Assembly: GCA_965215195.1 (NCBI GenBank)
Contig: CBDCDC010000001.1
Coordinates: 352,001-416,000 of the forward strand
Direction of reading: 5' to 3'
Source of the DNA: Candidatus Latescibacterota bacterium
Lineage (GTDB): Bacteria; Latescibacterota; UBA2968; UBA8231
DNA length: 64,000 bases
Below the pieces are notes generated by a model. It saw only the letters and a list, made by a program, of their open reading frames with translations, searched no databases and was not told the DNA's origin. Position 1 is the first letter of the stretch, and each line of letters begins with the position of its first letter. A program made the translations under genes and the position numbers. Below are positions 30,571 through 40,976 of the stretch, piece after piece.

Positions 30571-32161
30571 CGGAAGTGCCCTCCCCGCTCGACAATCCGG
30601 CCCATAGCTTCCGTGAGCTCCTTATAGTCTTCAGTGAACTTGCCGGCGATTTGGGCGAGTGCACCACCCATTTCGTTCATAACTCGCTCGATTTCCTGAT
30701 TCATCAATTGATCAAGGGCCTCTAGTTGGGCGTTGACAGCCTCTCCAGTGCGCGATGCGGACTGACGCATGTGTTCGTGTAGCCTCTCCACGCCTTGACC
30801 AATCGCTTGGTTCTGCGCACCAAGCACCTCGTTCACGGACGCCTCCAATTGACTTTGCATCTGCTGGATACTATCTGCGACCTCTCGTTGGACGGTCTGT
30901 GTGTTGCGCTGGATGCGTTCGCTAGCGTCGGTAAAAATTGCCAACGTTTCTCGCATCATCTTATTCTGTTCCTTTGTGTACGCGTCTAAACCTTGCAGTA
31001 GTTGCAGATGTTCCGCCTGTAGGTCGCGCTGGATGCGTTCACCGGCATCGGTAAAAGTTTTGAGCAACTCTTGCGCCTTCTCATCCTGCGCTTGGATGTA
31101 GCTATCCGAATTCGCCAGTAACTCCTTGTAGTGTTCGCTGGCGGTATCGACGGACGCGGCGACCGTGCGAGTTGTTTCTTCTACGTGTGCTTGCATCTGC
31201 GGCACTGCTTCTACGGCGCGATCTCGCATTTGGGCAAAAACATCGAGATGGTGCTCCAAATCGGCGAGTTGGTGCCTAGCCGTCTCCACGATGTCGGCGA
31301 GTTTCTCCATAGAAGCGGGAATGCTCGAACTCGACTCGGCAATGTGTGCCACCGCCGCGTCGATTTTGGTGATACTCTGAACCGACTGGTCGTAGAGCGC
31401 GTGGAGCTGTGCCAGTTGCCCGCGATAGTGCTCTTGCCATTCCACCAGCTTCTGAACTGAGTCGTCTAGCCTCTGGAAATTATCGCCGAATTGCTCGGTG
31501 ATCTTCTCGTTAAAATCGACGATAACCTGTCTCAGAGCATCAACGATCTGTTCGGTCGCTGCCTTAGAGAGCATCTGGGCAACTTCTTTTAGCTGCTCCC
31601 GCAGATGGTCTGCAAAAGTATCAAATGCCTGCTGGTCGTCTCGGTGCCAGTCAGCTAAATCCGTCCGCAGCAGTTTCATTTGTCCGGCCAAACTCGACTC
31701 TTCGTCGCCAGCCACCGCGGCCCGCGTCGCTGCCAAAAGCCGCGTCTGCTCGTCCAACTTGGCGAGAATATCTGCTGGCCCGACCTCGAGTTCGGGTTCG
31801 GTCTCTGCGGCCCTCAACCAAGGAGTTGTCGAAAGTGCCTTGAAGAGAATACCGAGGCCCATTCCCGTGATACTAGTGATGAACGCCGTCTTCAAACCGT
31901 TCAGCAGTTTCTCGATGCTCGCGTCTAACTGCGTCGGTGCCGGATCGAAATTCAGCAACCCGATCACGATACCGACAAAGGTGCCGAGAATTCCCAGTGA
32001 GGTGAGTAGGGTCGGCGTATGTGCGGTAAAACGAGGGCCCTTGCCCTGCCGTGCCATGACGATTGCGACCACAAAGCAGATTATCAGAAGCCATAAAAAA
32101 ACTCCGTGACGCTGTCCGCCGTAAAACTACGTAGAAACGACTCAACTACTTGGCTCAACAT
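30567..32161 (-). CDS. zorA: ZorA (MotA-like TM domain + long helical tail); frameshift in T7 tract at 32095-32101
   Basis: LTSLGILGTF, LKTAFITSITG, about 400 aa coiled tail; T8 would join ATG 32161 (MLSQVVESF...EFFLWLLIICFVVAIV) in frame. Confidence 0.82.
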
Positions 32162-32247
32162 AGAGTACTTTCGGGTTTTTCGTCCAAGCTGCTAAGGCAA
32201 ATAATGACATCTACTTTATTCCTGTTTGTCAAGACAGAGCGGACAAG

Positions 32248-32285
32248 AAAAAAGCCCCCAAGGCCCAGCGGCCCCGGAGGCTTAT
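32248..32285 (-). terminator. Intrinsic terminator after PorV-like gene
   Basis: AAGCCTCCGGGGCC-loop-GGCCTTGGGGGCTTTTTT. Confidence 0.75.
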
Positions 32286-32310
32286 TCTCTCAGCGAATCG
32301 CAACGCAGCG

Positions 32311-33333
32311 TCAGAAGCTGAACTGCAAAGAAAACTGATGCACGCTGTCGAGGATGCCAAACGAAGTGAAGGCATAATCGACCGTGGCCATACTCAATTC
32401 GAGACCTAGCCCAGCCGTCAGGCCCTCCTCGCTGCGGCCGGCCGGAACGACCGCGCCGCTGACCTCATCGACTTTGTCGTCCTCTACGCCTTGGTAGTTG
32501 AGCTTGTAGCCGGAGCGGAGGCTGAGCATGTCGAAAAGCTCCACCTCGGCCGCCGCGTACACGAGCTGCTCGGCGTCTTGCGGCTTGGTGGCGTCGGCGA
32601 GCAAAGTAACCTTCATGCCGCTGTCTGGATCGTTGAGGACGGCGGCGGCCGCGCCAATGCTGAATATCAGCGGCAGCGGCGCACCAATGTCGTAAAACGT
32701 CAGATCGCTGCCCAGATTGTTGATCCGAGCACCAATGGTGTACGTGGAATTGACGCGGTAGAGCGCCCCGAAATCAGCCGCGTACGCGGTGGCACTGACG
32801 CCGTCGATGGTCTGGCTGACGATCTTGCCGGTCACCCCTAAATCGAGTTTGTCGGTAATGTTGCGCGCCCACGTCGCGCCCACAGCCAAATCTCGGTAGC
32901 TGTACGTGCCCGAGGATTCGGTATCGTTGGGCACAAACGTTCCCGCATCGAGCACGAACTGCGGCACCACGTCGCGGTCGGCCGCAATGTCGCTCAACCC
33001 GAGCGTCACCACGCCAATGCCCAAGGTGCCCATGTCGCCCATGTCGCGTGCGAACCCAATGGCATCGTGCGACAAATCCGCGATCCACGAGTTGTGCGAC
33101 AGCAGCACTTGGCTTTCGCCGGTGCTCAGGGCCGCGCCGGCCGGGTTCCAGAACATCTGATGAACGTCGCCGGCCACGGTCGTATAGGCCGAGCCGAGCG
33201 CGACCGGCCTGGCCCCCACGCCGATCTTGAGAAACGCGGCACCAGTCAGGCCAGACTTGCGCACATCGGCGACCGTAGGTTGCGCCAGCAAGAGGGCCAA
33301 CCCCAGCACTGAAATGAGTTTCAACATTTTCAT
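32311..33333 (-). CDS. PorV/PorQ (UPF0164)-like outer membrane protein
   Basis: Signal peptide, AAFLKIGVGARPVALG, FWNPAG, C-terminal HQFSLQFSF. Confidence 0.85.
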   Translation of the reverse strand: MKMLKLISVLGLALLLAQPTVADVRKSGLTGAAFLKIGVGARPVALGSAYTTVAGDVHQMFWNPAGAALSTGESQVLLSHNSWIADLSHDAIGFARDMGDMGTLGIGVVTLGLSDIAADRDVVPQFVLDAGTFVPNDTESSGTYSYRDLAVGATWARNITDKLDLGVTGKIVSQTIDGVSATAYAADFGALYRVNSTYTIGARINNLGSDLTFYDIGAPLPLIFSIGAAAAVLNDPDSGMKVTLLADATKPQDAEQLVYAAAEVELFDMLSLRSGYKLNYQGVEDDKVDEVSGAVVPAGRSEEGLTAGLGLELSMATVDYAFTSFGILDSVHQFSLQFSF

Positions 33334-33354
33334 TTTTAAGCTCCTCTGTTCGGT

Positions 33355-35871
33355 TCAGCGCAGAATGGCAAAGTGCCCGGTCTGCGCTCCGCCCGGGTAC
33401 TCGGCCACGTAGATGTACAGCCCGCTGGCTACTTCAATGCCGTCCTTGGAAAACATGTCCCAAAACAGCGTACCGTCGAACGGGTTGGTACTGTCGAAGT
33501 GGAGCACGTCGATGACCTGCCCGGCCACGTCGAAAATGGTAATCTTGGTGCTGGTCGGCAGGTTGATGAACAGCATCTTGTGCTCGGTGCCTGTATCGTG
33601 CAGTGCGCCCTTCTTGTATGGATTGGGCACCACGCGGATGGCGAGGTCGCCGCTTACGAGCTCGCCAGCATCGGCCAGCGGCGCTTTGAGGATGAAAGGC
33701 GCGCCAATCACCTTTTGCCCGGCTAGGTCGGCCGGAAAGAAGGAACTGGCAGTAGCGTAGTGATACGTGCCCTTCCACAGCCCGTCGCGGCCGTTGAAGT
33801 TGTGCCGATGCGTCTCCAGCGAGCTGAAGGGCTGGCCGTTGATCTCGCCCGACTCGTCATCATACGCAGCGACGTAGTAGTAATAGGTAAACCCAAAGGT
33901 CACCAAGTCGCTGTTATCGGCAAACTTGTACTTGAACACGTCGCTGTCCGGCCCGTCGTTGAGGTAGTTCCCCAACTCGCTGCGGGGCACGTGGGCGATC
34001 AGCCGATAAGGCCCCCACGCCGCTGGCTCCTGAGGTTTGTAGGCTCCAGAGCTAATGTTGGGATTGTTGTCGGCACCAAAGGCAGCCAGTTGCGCGTCCG
34101 TGGGATTAACCTCGGTCTGGTGGTGGTAGCGGTCGATGATGCGCAGACCAACGTCGAGCGAATTGACCCGTGGGAACAGCGTCGAGCGATAGACCTTGTA
34201 GCCGGCAAAATCATCTGCCGCTTCGGCGCTATCGTCCCACTTGACATCGACTTTGACATCCGTGTTGGGCGCGACTTCGATGTGGGGCGTCGGCGGTGGC
34301 GAGGGGGTCTCAAAGTTGTTGTCATAGGCCCACTGCGCCGTGCTGCGCGCAGCGCGTGCCCCTTGCAAGCGGAACCCCGCGTACTCTACGAGCACCAAGT
34401 TGATGGTCTCGCCCACCTCCAGCGAGAACGGGCCGATGCCCACCTGCAACATGCCGTCGAAGTTGTGGTCAATCGCATAGCCCTGCGTCCACGCCCAATC
34501 GGGCTGGTCGTCGAGGGAACGGCTCGGATCGACCTCCCAGTTTTGGATGAAGGTGTTGTTGTACTTCATGTCGCCCAAGGGCTGGCCGCGCTCGCCTTCC
34601 GGGCGCACGGCATTGATGAACGACAGCGGGTCGCCGGGGACGATGTCCGCGTGATCGGGATCAAACCAGTTGGGGTCGGGCACCAAGCTGCTCTCGTTCT
34701 GGATAGCGGCCCCTTTGTCCCAAGCGCGGCTGCCGTTCTGTTCGCCGTCGAAAAACGCGGCCATCGCATAGATGTGATTCTCGCGCGGGTTGCGGTAGCC
34801 GCCGTCGTCCTTGAGCACTGAGGTGAACCAACCGCGCTCACCATCCACGCCGACCGGATGGCTGTCGTAGATGGTGCGCTTGTCCTCGGCGCTGGCGCTG
34901 CTGCCGCTTTCTGGCAACGCGCCCTGTTTGGCGGCGATCCACTGCATCCCATTGTAGATGTCGTAGTAGTATCCCCGGCTGCGCATGGTAACGCCCAGCA
35001 GACGTGCGCCATCGGCCGACCAGCCGCTCGGCGAACCAAAGACCGGATGCGGCTCGCCGAGCGTACTCGGCGACGGGCCGGTAAAGATCACCGGCACATC
35101 CCAAGGCGCACCGCTGGCGTCGGGCGTGGCGTCGTACCCAGAGGTCGGGCCGGTAAACCACCCCGAAGAACCGCGACGGCCATTGTTGCGGTTGGTCATG
35201 GAATTGATCGGCTCGTTTTGCAGATGCAGGGTGAGCGCGTGAATGCGGTTGTCGGTCTTTTCGGCCGTGCCGTCGCCATCGGCGTCGAGCACGCCGGTGT
35301 TGGTCAATTCCAACTCGACCACGATGAAGTCGTTGAGATTGGCGTGGTTGGCGGCAAACTGCCGCATCCGCCAGCGCACATCCACCCCGAGGTTGGTCGG
35401 CATCGCGCCCTCGTAGCGCATTTCATTGCGGCCTTCGTCAACCCAGTAAGCACCCGGGCTGGTAAAGTTGCGCGCCGCATCGCCGGCCCCGGCCAAGTTA
35501 TTGGTGTAGAAGCCGTGCAAGTACTGCTTGGCCCGGGGCGCGTTGCTGTCTGTGGTGATATTGATCTCTTCGGGGCTGTATTCCATCATCTGCAAATCCT
35601 GGCCCCAAGGCAGGTGTAGATTCTCGCCGCCCGGATAGGTCTGGGTCGGCGTGGTCCATTGGCGATCCCAGTTGCCGACGCGGAAGAGGGTAAAGCGCGC
35701 GGTCGGATCGTCATCGGTTTCGCGATACCAAGAACCGGCGTTGCTGGGAAAGAAGGAATCCCACAGATCGCCAGCCGTGAACACGCCGCCCTCTTGCGCG
35801 GCAATCGTCCCGGCCGTGGCGAGCACCAATGCGGTCGCCAGCCGGGACGCAAATTTCATGCGTTTAATCAT
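33355..35871 (-). CDS. Secreted protein with FN3-like and FlgD-Ig/T9SS-like C-terminal domain
   Basis: Signal peptide; FAGYKVYRS, YYYYVAAYD, VVPNPY...INLP..ITIFDVAG...WD..VASGLYIY; GGAGG RBS. Confidence 0.75.
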   Translation of the reverse strand: MIKRMKFASRLATALVLATAGTIAAQEGGVFTAGDLWDSFFPSNAGSWYRETDDDPTARFTLFRVGNWDRQWTTPTQTYPGGENLHLPWGQDLQMMEYSPEEINITTDSNAPRAKQYLHGFYTNNLAGAGDAARNFTSPGAYWVDEGRNEMRYEGAMPTNLGVDVRWRMRQFAANHANLNDFIVVELELTNTGVLDADGDGTAEKTDNRIHALTLHLQNEPINSMTNRNNGRRGSSGWFTGPTSGYDATPDASGAPWDVPVIFTGPSPSTLGEPHPVFGSPSGWSADGARLLGVTMRSRGYYYDIYNGMQWIAAKQGALPESGSSASAEDKRTIYDSHPVGVDGERGWFTSVLKDDGGYRNPRENHIYAMAAFFDGEQNGSRAWDKGAAIQNESSLVPDPNWFDPDHADIVPGDPLSFINAVRPEGERGQPLGDMKYNNTFIQNWEVDPSRSLDDQPDWAWTQGYAIDHNFDGMLQVGIGPFSLEVGETINLVLVEYAGFRLQGARAARSTAQWAYDNNFETPSPPPTPHIEVAPNTDVKVDVKWDDSAEAADDFAGYKVYRSTLFPRVNSLDVGLRIIDRYHHQTEVNPTDAQLAAFGADNNPNISSGAYKPQEPAAWGPYRLIAHVPRSELGNYLNDGPDSDVFKYKFADNSDLVTFGFTYYYYVAAYDDESGEINGQPFSSLETHRHNFNGRDGLWKGTYHYATASSFFPADLAGQKVIGAPFILKAPLADAGELVSGDLAIRVVPNPYKKGALHDTGTEHKMLFINLPTSTKITIFDVAGQVIDVLHFDSTNPFDGTLFWDMFSKDGIEVASGLYIYVAEYPGGAQTGHFAILR

Positions 35872-35884
35872 CTTACTATTCCTC

Positions 35885-38881
35885 CTAGAAATCCACGGTG
35901 ACGCCAAAATTGGCCATGCGCGGGATGTCGTAAATCGCCTGACTCTGGCCGGTAAAGGCCCGGTTGAGGTCACCCGTCGGGTCTCCGTTTTCCTCCCAGT
36001 AGGAGGTGGAACGGATGTTGCGATTGTCCCACGTGAGGATATTCTCGCGGTCAAAGAGATTGCGCACCTCAAAGAAGGCCCCTAGCGACAAGCCGCCCAA
36101 CGCAAGGCCGCGGTGGAGCCGCAGGTCCGTGCGCATATTCCACGGAGCCTGCCGGGTCTCGCGCTCGCGCGGATCGTCCGTGGTGGCCGTCACATTGTAG
36201 TTGAAGCCACTCTCCGCCGTTGAGATCAAGGTCAAGCCAACCTCTGCTGGCAACTCGGCCAGCAGGGTAAAGGCGATGCGGTGGGCCCGGTCGTAGCCGG
36301 TGACCAGCGGATTGCCACCGCCGTTGACATTGGCCTCGTACGTGTTGAACTGCTCCTTGTTGGCCAGCGCCGTCTCCAAGGCTTGGGCATCGGTTGGCGC
36401 GTTGACTGAAAACGAGGTTTTGTCTGGGAAAGGCGTTGAGTTGTTGCCATTGCGCGACGCCTTGATATAGCTATACGCGTAGTTGACGCGACCATTGATC
36501 TTGCTCTGCGACCGGCGCTCCACGCCGAACTCAATGCCGCGGCTGTCCGCGTACCCGCCGCTGGTGTTGAGCGTGTAGTTGGCAAAGCCGGCGTCGGCCG
36601 GGCTGATAACGAACCCGAGCCGCCCGTAGTTTTCGATGTCGCGGTAATAGGCCGTAACGTCGAACAAGTACTCGGGCGCGAAGCTGTACTGCAGGCCCAT
36701 CTCGTACGCAGTGGCCGTCGTCGGATTTGCCTCGACATCCGGCAGGTTCGGCCACGCCGGGTTGGTGAGGCTGCCGTAGTCTTCATAGAGGAACGAAAAC
36801 GACGGCGTCGAGTAGAACTTGCCCCACGAGTAGTGCATGGCGGCCTGCTCGCTGATCGGATGCGAGATCCCCAGCCGCGGCTGCAAGTACCAGCGCGTTT
36901 CAACCGCCTCGCCGCGAATGGGGCTGCGGTAGGTGTGAGTCTGGCCGCCTTCATAGGTGTATTCGGCCTCTTCGGCCGGGCGGAAAAAGTCGGCGAGCTG
37001 CTCGGCGTCGGCGTTGAAGCTGTCGAGCCGCAAGCCGGCGTTGAGGATGATGCCCTCGTACTCAATTTTGTCCTGCACGTACAAGGCGAGCTCGCTCGGG
37101 CTGCGCTCGTATTCGGCAATCTCGTACGGCAGGTTGGAATAGCCCACCGTAATCTGCGTCCGCTGCATGAGCTTCGAGACCGAGTGGCTGCGGAACAGCA
37201 AGCCGGCCTTGAGCTGGTGGTGGTAGTTGTACTGATGGGTGATGTCGGCCTTGAGCTGCATCACGTCGCGATTGAGCTCCTCAAAGTAGAAGCCGGCCTG
37301 CGCCAAGCGGTACTGATTGTCGCCAAAGGGCAGGTCGAAGTTGCGCGAATTGCCGGGGTTGGTGGTAAAAAAGGTAAAGTTGCCGTCGGCGTCGGCCCCA
37401 GACCCATCAACGCCTAGGTACTTTTCCGACTCTTCGGCGCTGTCGATGAAGATGAAGTCGCCATCTTCGCTGGTCTCGACGATGCCGTCGCCGTTGTCGT
37501 CCGAGTAGCCGAATTTGCTCATGCGCGTAACCTGCGAGAGCTTGATCTCGTAGAAGGTGTTGTTAGAAAGCGAGTGGCTCATCCCCACATAGGCCATCGT
37601 CCCTAACTTCTTGTTGCCCAAGGCCCCCTCGGGGAAATAGGCGTAGCGACCGCTGAAGTTGCGGTTGACCCAACCTCCCAACTCGCCGCCATCGTCGATC
37701 ATCGCGTTGCCGGTCAGCTTGACATTCTGGCTGAGCCGATGCGTCAGCTTGAGCGAATAGCGCTGCGAGCGGTTGAGCGCATTGGGGAAGACCCCCTCGT
37801 CGTTGAGATAGCGCGTGGTCAGGTAGAAATTCGTGCGCGGCAACGGCAGCTTGCCCCCCAGTGAAAGCTCCATCTCGGTGGAGGGATTGTCGCCGTAGGT
37901 AACGTCCTCGGGGTCGAAAATGTAGTAATTCTCGGCCTTGGCCTTGTCGGCCTCGTCCTCGGAGGCCAGCAATTCGTCGCGCACCTGCTGGTAGCGGTCG
38001 AAATAGGTCGTATCGGAAAGAGAGCCGTCTTGGCGCTTTACCTGCCCCGCATAGACTTCGGGACCGGCATTCTTGTAGCCGCTAACACCGCGACGGACAA
38101 ACAGCCGTCCCTCTAACTCGTCGCCGCCTTCGCGCGTTACTACATTGACGATGCCAGCGCTAGCCGCATCGTACTCGGCGTTGAAGGTGCCGGCGATAAT
38201 GTCCAGCGACTGCACGTTGCTGGCGTTGACGCCGACCGCAGTGAACTCGCCGTCCGAGGTGCGATTGACATCCACGTAGGGATTCCAAGTGACCAAGCCT
38301 TCGCCGGCGCGGAAATACGTATCCGACACATCGATCCCATCAACGAGCACTTTGGCCTCGGCCTTGCGCCCGCCGCGAATGTAGCCGCGGAACACGCTCG
38401 GCGTCGTGTTGATCAAGTCCTGCAAGTCGGCCACCGGCATGGTGTTGTTGAGCTCGGCGCGGCCGATCGTCGCTCGGCTGGTCGTCAGGGAGCGCTCGAC
38501 CAGCGGCGCCTCGGCCACCACCGTTATGGCCTCGCCTTCAATCGCCTCGGTCGCCAGCGCGAAATCGACCGTCGTCGTCAGGTCCAAGCGGACCTCAATT
38601 TGGGTCTGGCGCACCGTTTGGTGCCCTATGTAACTAGCTTCGACCGAGTACGCGCCGGGCGGGATGTTGAGCAAAAAATAACGCCCCTTGTCGTCGGCCG
38701 TAGTGCCGACCCGTTCGCCACCCACTTCGGCGAACACATTGGCCCCGGGCAATGCCTGCCCGGAATCGTCTCGTACCACGCCGGCAATTTTGCCGTTGCC
38801 AGCGAACGCCGGCAGCGCGAGCAAGGCGCAAAACAGCGCCGCGCCTAGAGCCGCCGGCCACTTCCTCCTCTCCGTATGCAT
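35885..38881 (-). CDS. TonB-dependent receptor with carboxypeptidase-regulatory-like N-domain
   Basis: GKIAGVV.D..GQALPGANV, IRGGR, GTFNAEY, PRLGISHPI, C-terminal F. Confidence 0.9.
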   Translation of the reverse strand: MHTERRKWPAALGAALFCALLALPAFAGNGKIAGVVRDDSGQALPGANVFAEVGGERVGTTADDKGRYFLLNIPPGAYSVEASYIGHQTVRQTQIEVRLDLTTTVDFALATEAIEGEAITVVAEAPLVERSLTTSRATIGRAELNNTMPVADLQDLINTTPSVFRGYIRGGRKAEAKVLVDGIDVSDTYFRAGEGLVTWNPYVDVNRTSDGEFTAVGVNASNVQSLDIIAGTFNAEYDAASAGIVNVVTREGGDELEGRLFVRRGVSGYKNAGPEVYAGQVKRQDGSLSDTTYFDRYQQVRDELLASEDEADKAKAENYYIFDPEDVTYGDNPSTEMELSLGGKLPLPRTNFYLTTRYLNDEGVFPNALNRSQRYSLKLTHRLSQNVKLTGNAMIDDGGELGGWVNRNFSGRYAYFPEGALGNKKLGTMAYVGMSHSLSNNTFYEIKLSQVTRMSKFGYSDDNGDGIVETSEDGDFIFIDSAEESEKYLGVDGSGADADGNFTFFTTNPGNSRNFDLPFGDNQYRLAQAGFYFEELNRDVMQLKADITHQYNYHHQLKAGLLFRSHSVSKLMQRTQITVGYSNLPYEIAEYERSPSELALYVQDKIEYEGIILNAGLRLDSFNADAEQLADFFRPAEEAEYTYEGGQTHTYRSPIRGEAVETRWYLQPRLGISHPISEQAAMHYSWGKFYSTPSFSFLYEDYGSLTNPAWPNLPDVEANPTTATAYEMGLQYSFAPEYLFDVTAYYRDIENYGRLGFVISPADAGFANYTLNTSGGYADSRGIEFGVERRSQSKINGRVNYAYSYIKASRNGNNSTPFPDKTSFSVNAPTDAQALETALANKEQFNTYEANVNGGGNPLVTGYDRAHRIAFTLLAELPAEVGLTLISTAESGFNYNVTATTDDPRERETRQAPWNMRTDLRLHRGLALGGLSLGAFFEVRNLFDRENILTWDNRNIRSTSYWEENGDPTGDLNRAFTGQSQAIYDIPRMANFGVTVDF

Positions 38882-39053
38882 GAGTGCCCTCCTGTGGCGT
38901 GCTAGAGGTGGAGTAAAGCTAAATCTAGCGCATTTGCCGCAAACTTTGCACAAATGCGCCAGCGAAGTACCCAATAGAAGGAATTTGCGCCAACTCGTCA
39001 ATAGACACAAAGATCAGCCACTCAGGGCGGTTCGTCCCCGCAACTCGGCCCAC

Positions 39054-40148
39054 CTACCGCCCCTCCCGCCAAGCGACCAACGGATGCGCTCGCCGCTGCA
39101 TGGGAAATGCCACCCGCCCCCCGGTAATCTCGGCCTCGTACGCCCCCAAGATCATCTCCAAGGCCGCCACTGCGTCGGCCGCGCTCGACAGGGGCTCGCG
39201 GTCGGCTTCGGCCGCCTCGACCAAATCGGCGACCGCCAAGTCGTTGCCCGTGCTCAGGGATTCGTCCGCCACCTCGTCCAAGGGGACCCACTGCTGGCTC
39301 GCAGCGGCTGGATCAAACACCGGATGCGGATAGAGCATGGCCGGGCCGCTGCCGCCGCCGCGCAGCGCAATCGCGCCTTCGCTGCCCTCGATCTCCATGC
39401 CCATCCGCTGGCCGCCGCCCCCGGCGTATTGCCGCGAAGCAAAAAAGCCGGCCACCCCGCTCTCAAAGGCGAAGTAGCTGTTGATGCAATCGCCGGCGAC
39501 CGGCCCCACCGGCTCGGTCGCCTCGCGCACGTCTTCGACCTTGAGCGCACGGCCTTTGTGCGCGACGTGCGCCGTCATCCACGCCACGTCGCCGGCAAAC
39601 AGGCGCATCATATTGAACAAGTGCGTCCCCAACACGATCATGTCCTCGCCGCCGCCGCGCCGATCCTGTTTGCCGTGGGCGCGAATGGCCTGCACCGCGC
39701 CGATCCGCCCCTGCGCCAACACCTCCTTTACGTGCCGGATTCTCGGCAGATAGGCCCCCTGATGCGCCACCGCCACCTTGCGCCCGGTCGCCGCGGCCTT
39801 GGCCACAATCTGGTCCCCGTCGGCCAAGTTCCAAGTCATGGGCTTTTCGCAGTACACGTGCGCCCCCACCTCCAAACAGGCCAGCACCATCTCCAAGTGG
39901 CAATCGGTCCAGCGCGGCCCAACGGTCACTACTTCCGGCTGTTCGGCCTCTAGCATCTCGCGCCAGTCGGCGTACGCTCGGGGGGCGGCCAATTCCGCCT
40001 GCTTGACCCGCCGTTCCTCGGCGTCCTCGTCGGCGACGGCCACCACCTCAATGCGCGGGTGGTTCTTCAAGCCCAAGTGCAGCCCGTGTCCCCAATTGCC
40101 TTTTCCAGTCCGACCTATGGCCGCTGCCCGGTACATCTTGTCGCTCAT
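39054..40148 (-). CDS. Gfo/Idh/MocA oxidoreductase
   Basis: HVYCEKPM, LGTHLFN; start MSDKMYRAAAIG with GGAGG. Confidence 0.88.
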   Translation of the reverse strand: MSDKMYRAAAIGRTGKGNWGHGLHLGLKNHPRIEVVAVADEDAEERRVKQAELAAPRAYADWREMLEAEQPEVVTVGPRWTDCHLEMVLACLEVGAHVYCEKPMTWNLADGDQIVAKAAATGRKVAVAHQGAYLPRIRHVKEVLAQGRIGAVQAIRAHGKQDRRGGGEDMIVLGTHLFNMMRLFAGDVAWMTAHVAHKGRALKVEDVREATEPVGPVAGDCINSYFAFESGVAGFFASRQYAGGGGQRMGMEIEGSEGAIALRGGGSGPAMLYPHPVFDPAAASQQWVPLDEVADESLSTGNDLAVADLVEAAEADREPLSSAADAVAALEMILGAYEAEITGGRVAFPMQRRAHPLVAWREGR

Positions 40149-40290
40149 GTCGAGCCTCCTTTGAGTTGGGTTTATCGAGGGTGATATATAGAAAATATCG
40201 TCGGGGTGCGTCAATCGCGGGGCGCGATGAGCGGCGGACTCTTGCACAGGTTATGTTCTAGTCGTAAATCCTGTATTGAAGAGGAAGAAC

Positions 40291-40965
40291 ATGGCCCTGT
40301 TAACCGATGAAGAATTATTGGAGACGCTCGAAACGCAATTGCCGGCCCTGCTCAAACAGCACCCAGAGCTGGAGCCTCGCGTCTATACGGCGTTCATCGA
40401 AGTGTTTGCCACCAAGAAGGAAGTGGCGGCGGTACTCTCTGAGTTACGCGCCTTTCGCAGCGAGTTTGGTCAGTTCCGCTCAGAGGTAAACGAGCGGTAA
40501 GATAGGACCGATAAGCTCGATTTGACGGCCGGGGAGTTAAACCAGCAGATGAGTGAGATAAAAGATAGGACCGACAAACTCGAACTGACGGTCGGGGGAT
40601 TCCAGCGGCGGGCGGGCAGGAAGCTCGAAGACATGGTTGCCGGGGCGTTGCGCTTTGGCCTGAAGCGGCAAGACGTGTCCGCAGACAACGTGCGGCTGCG
40701 CCAGAAGCTAGCGGATGTGGAGGGGGTGGTGGGCCCGGCCGGCCGAACCTACGAAGTCGATATTCTCATCGACAACAGCTCGCTGTTGGTCTTTGAGGTC
40801 AAGTCGGCCGCCTGTAAGGTTGAAGAGGTCGATCGGTTTGCCGACAAGGTGGAGTTGGTGCGGCGGCAGCATCCCGACAAAGCGGTCGAGGGGGCCCTCA
40901 TCAGCTTGGAACCGGCCGATACCGTAAAGGCGCGGTGTGCTGAATGGGGCATCCAAATCCTCTGA
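40291..40965 (+). pseudogene. Coiled-coil + PD-(D/E)XK (DUF3782-like) gene split by in-frame TAA at 40498
   Basis: Both ORFs are in the same frame; GRKLED, YEVDIL...FEVK; 63-bp internal repeat at the stop. Confidence 0.75.
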
Positions 40966-40976
40966 GCCGCGGCTGT

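Noticed and set aside
29857-32072. Flagellar MotAB or TolQR/ExbBD
   Set aside because: The long helical tail, absence of flagellar/tol genes and the third gene fit Zorya better.
29223-32248. 11/12-bp inverted repeat TCTTGTCCG.TC around the Zorya locus
   Set aside because: Short, with no transposase or target duplication; cannot be called transposon ends.
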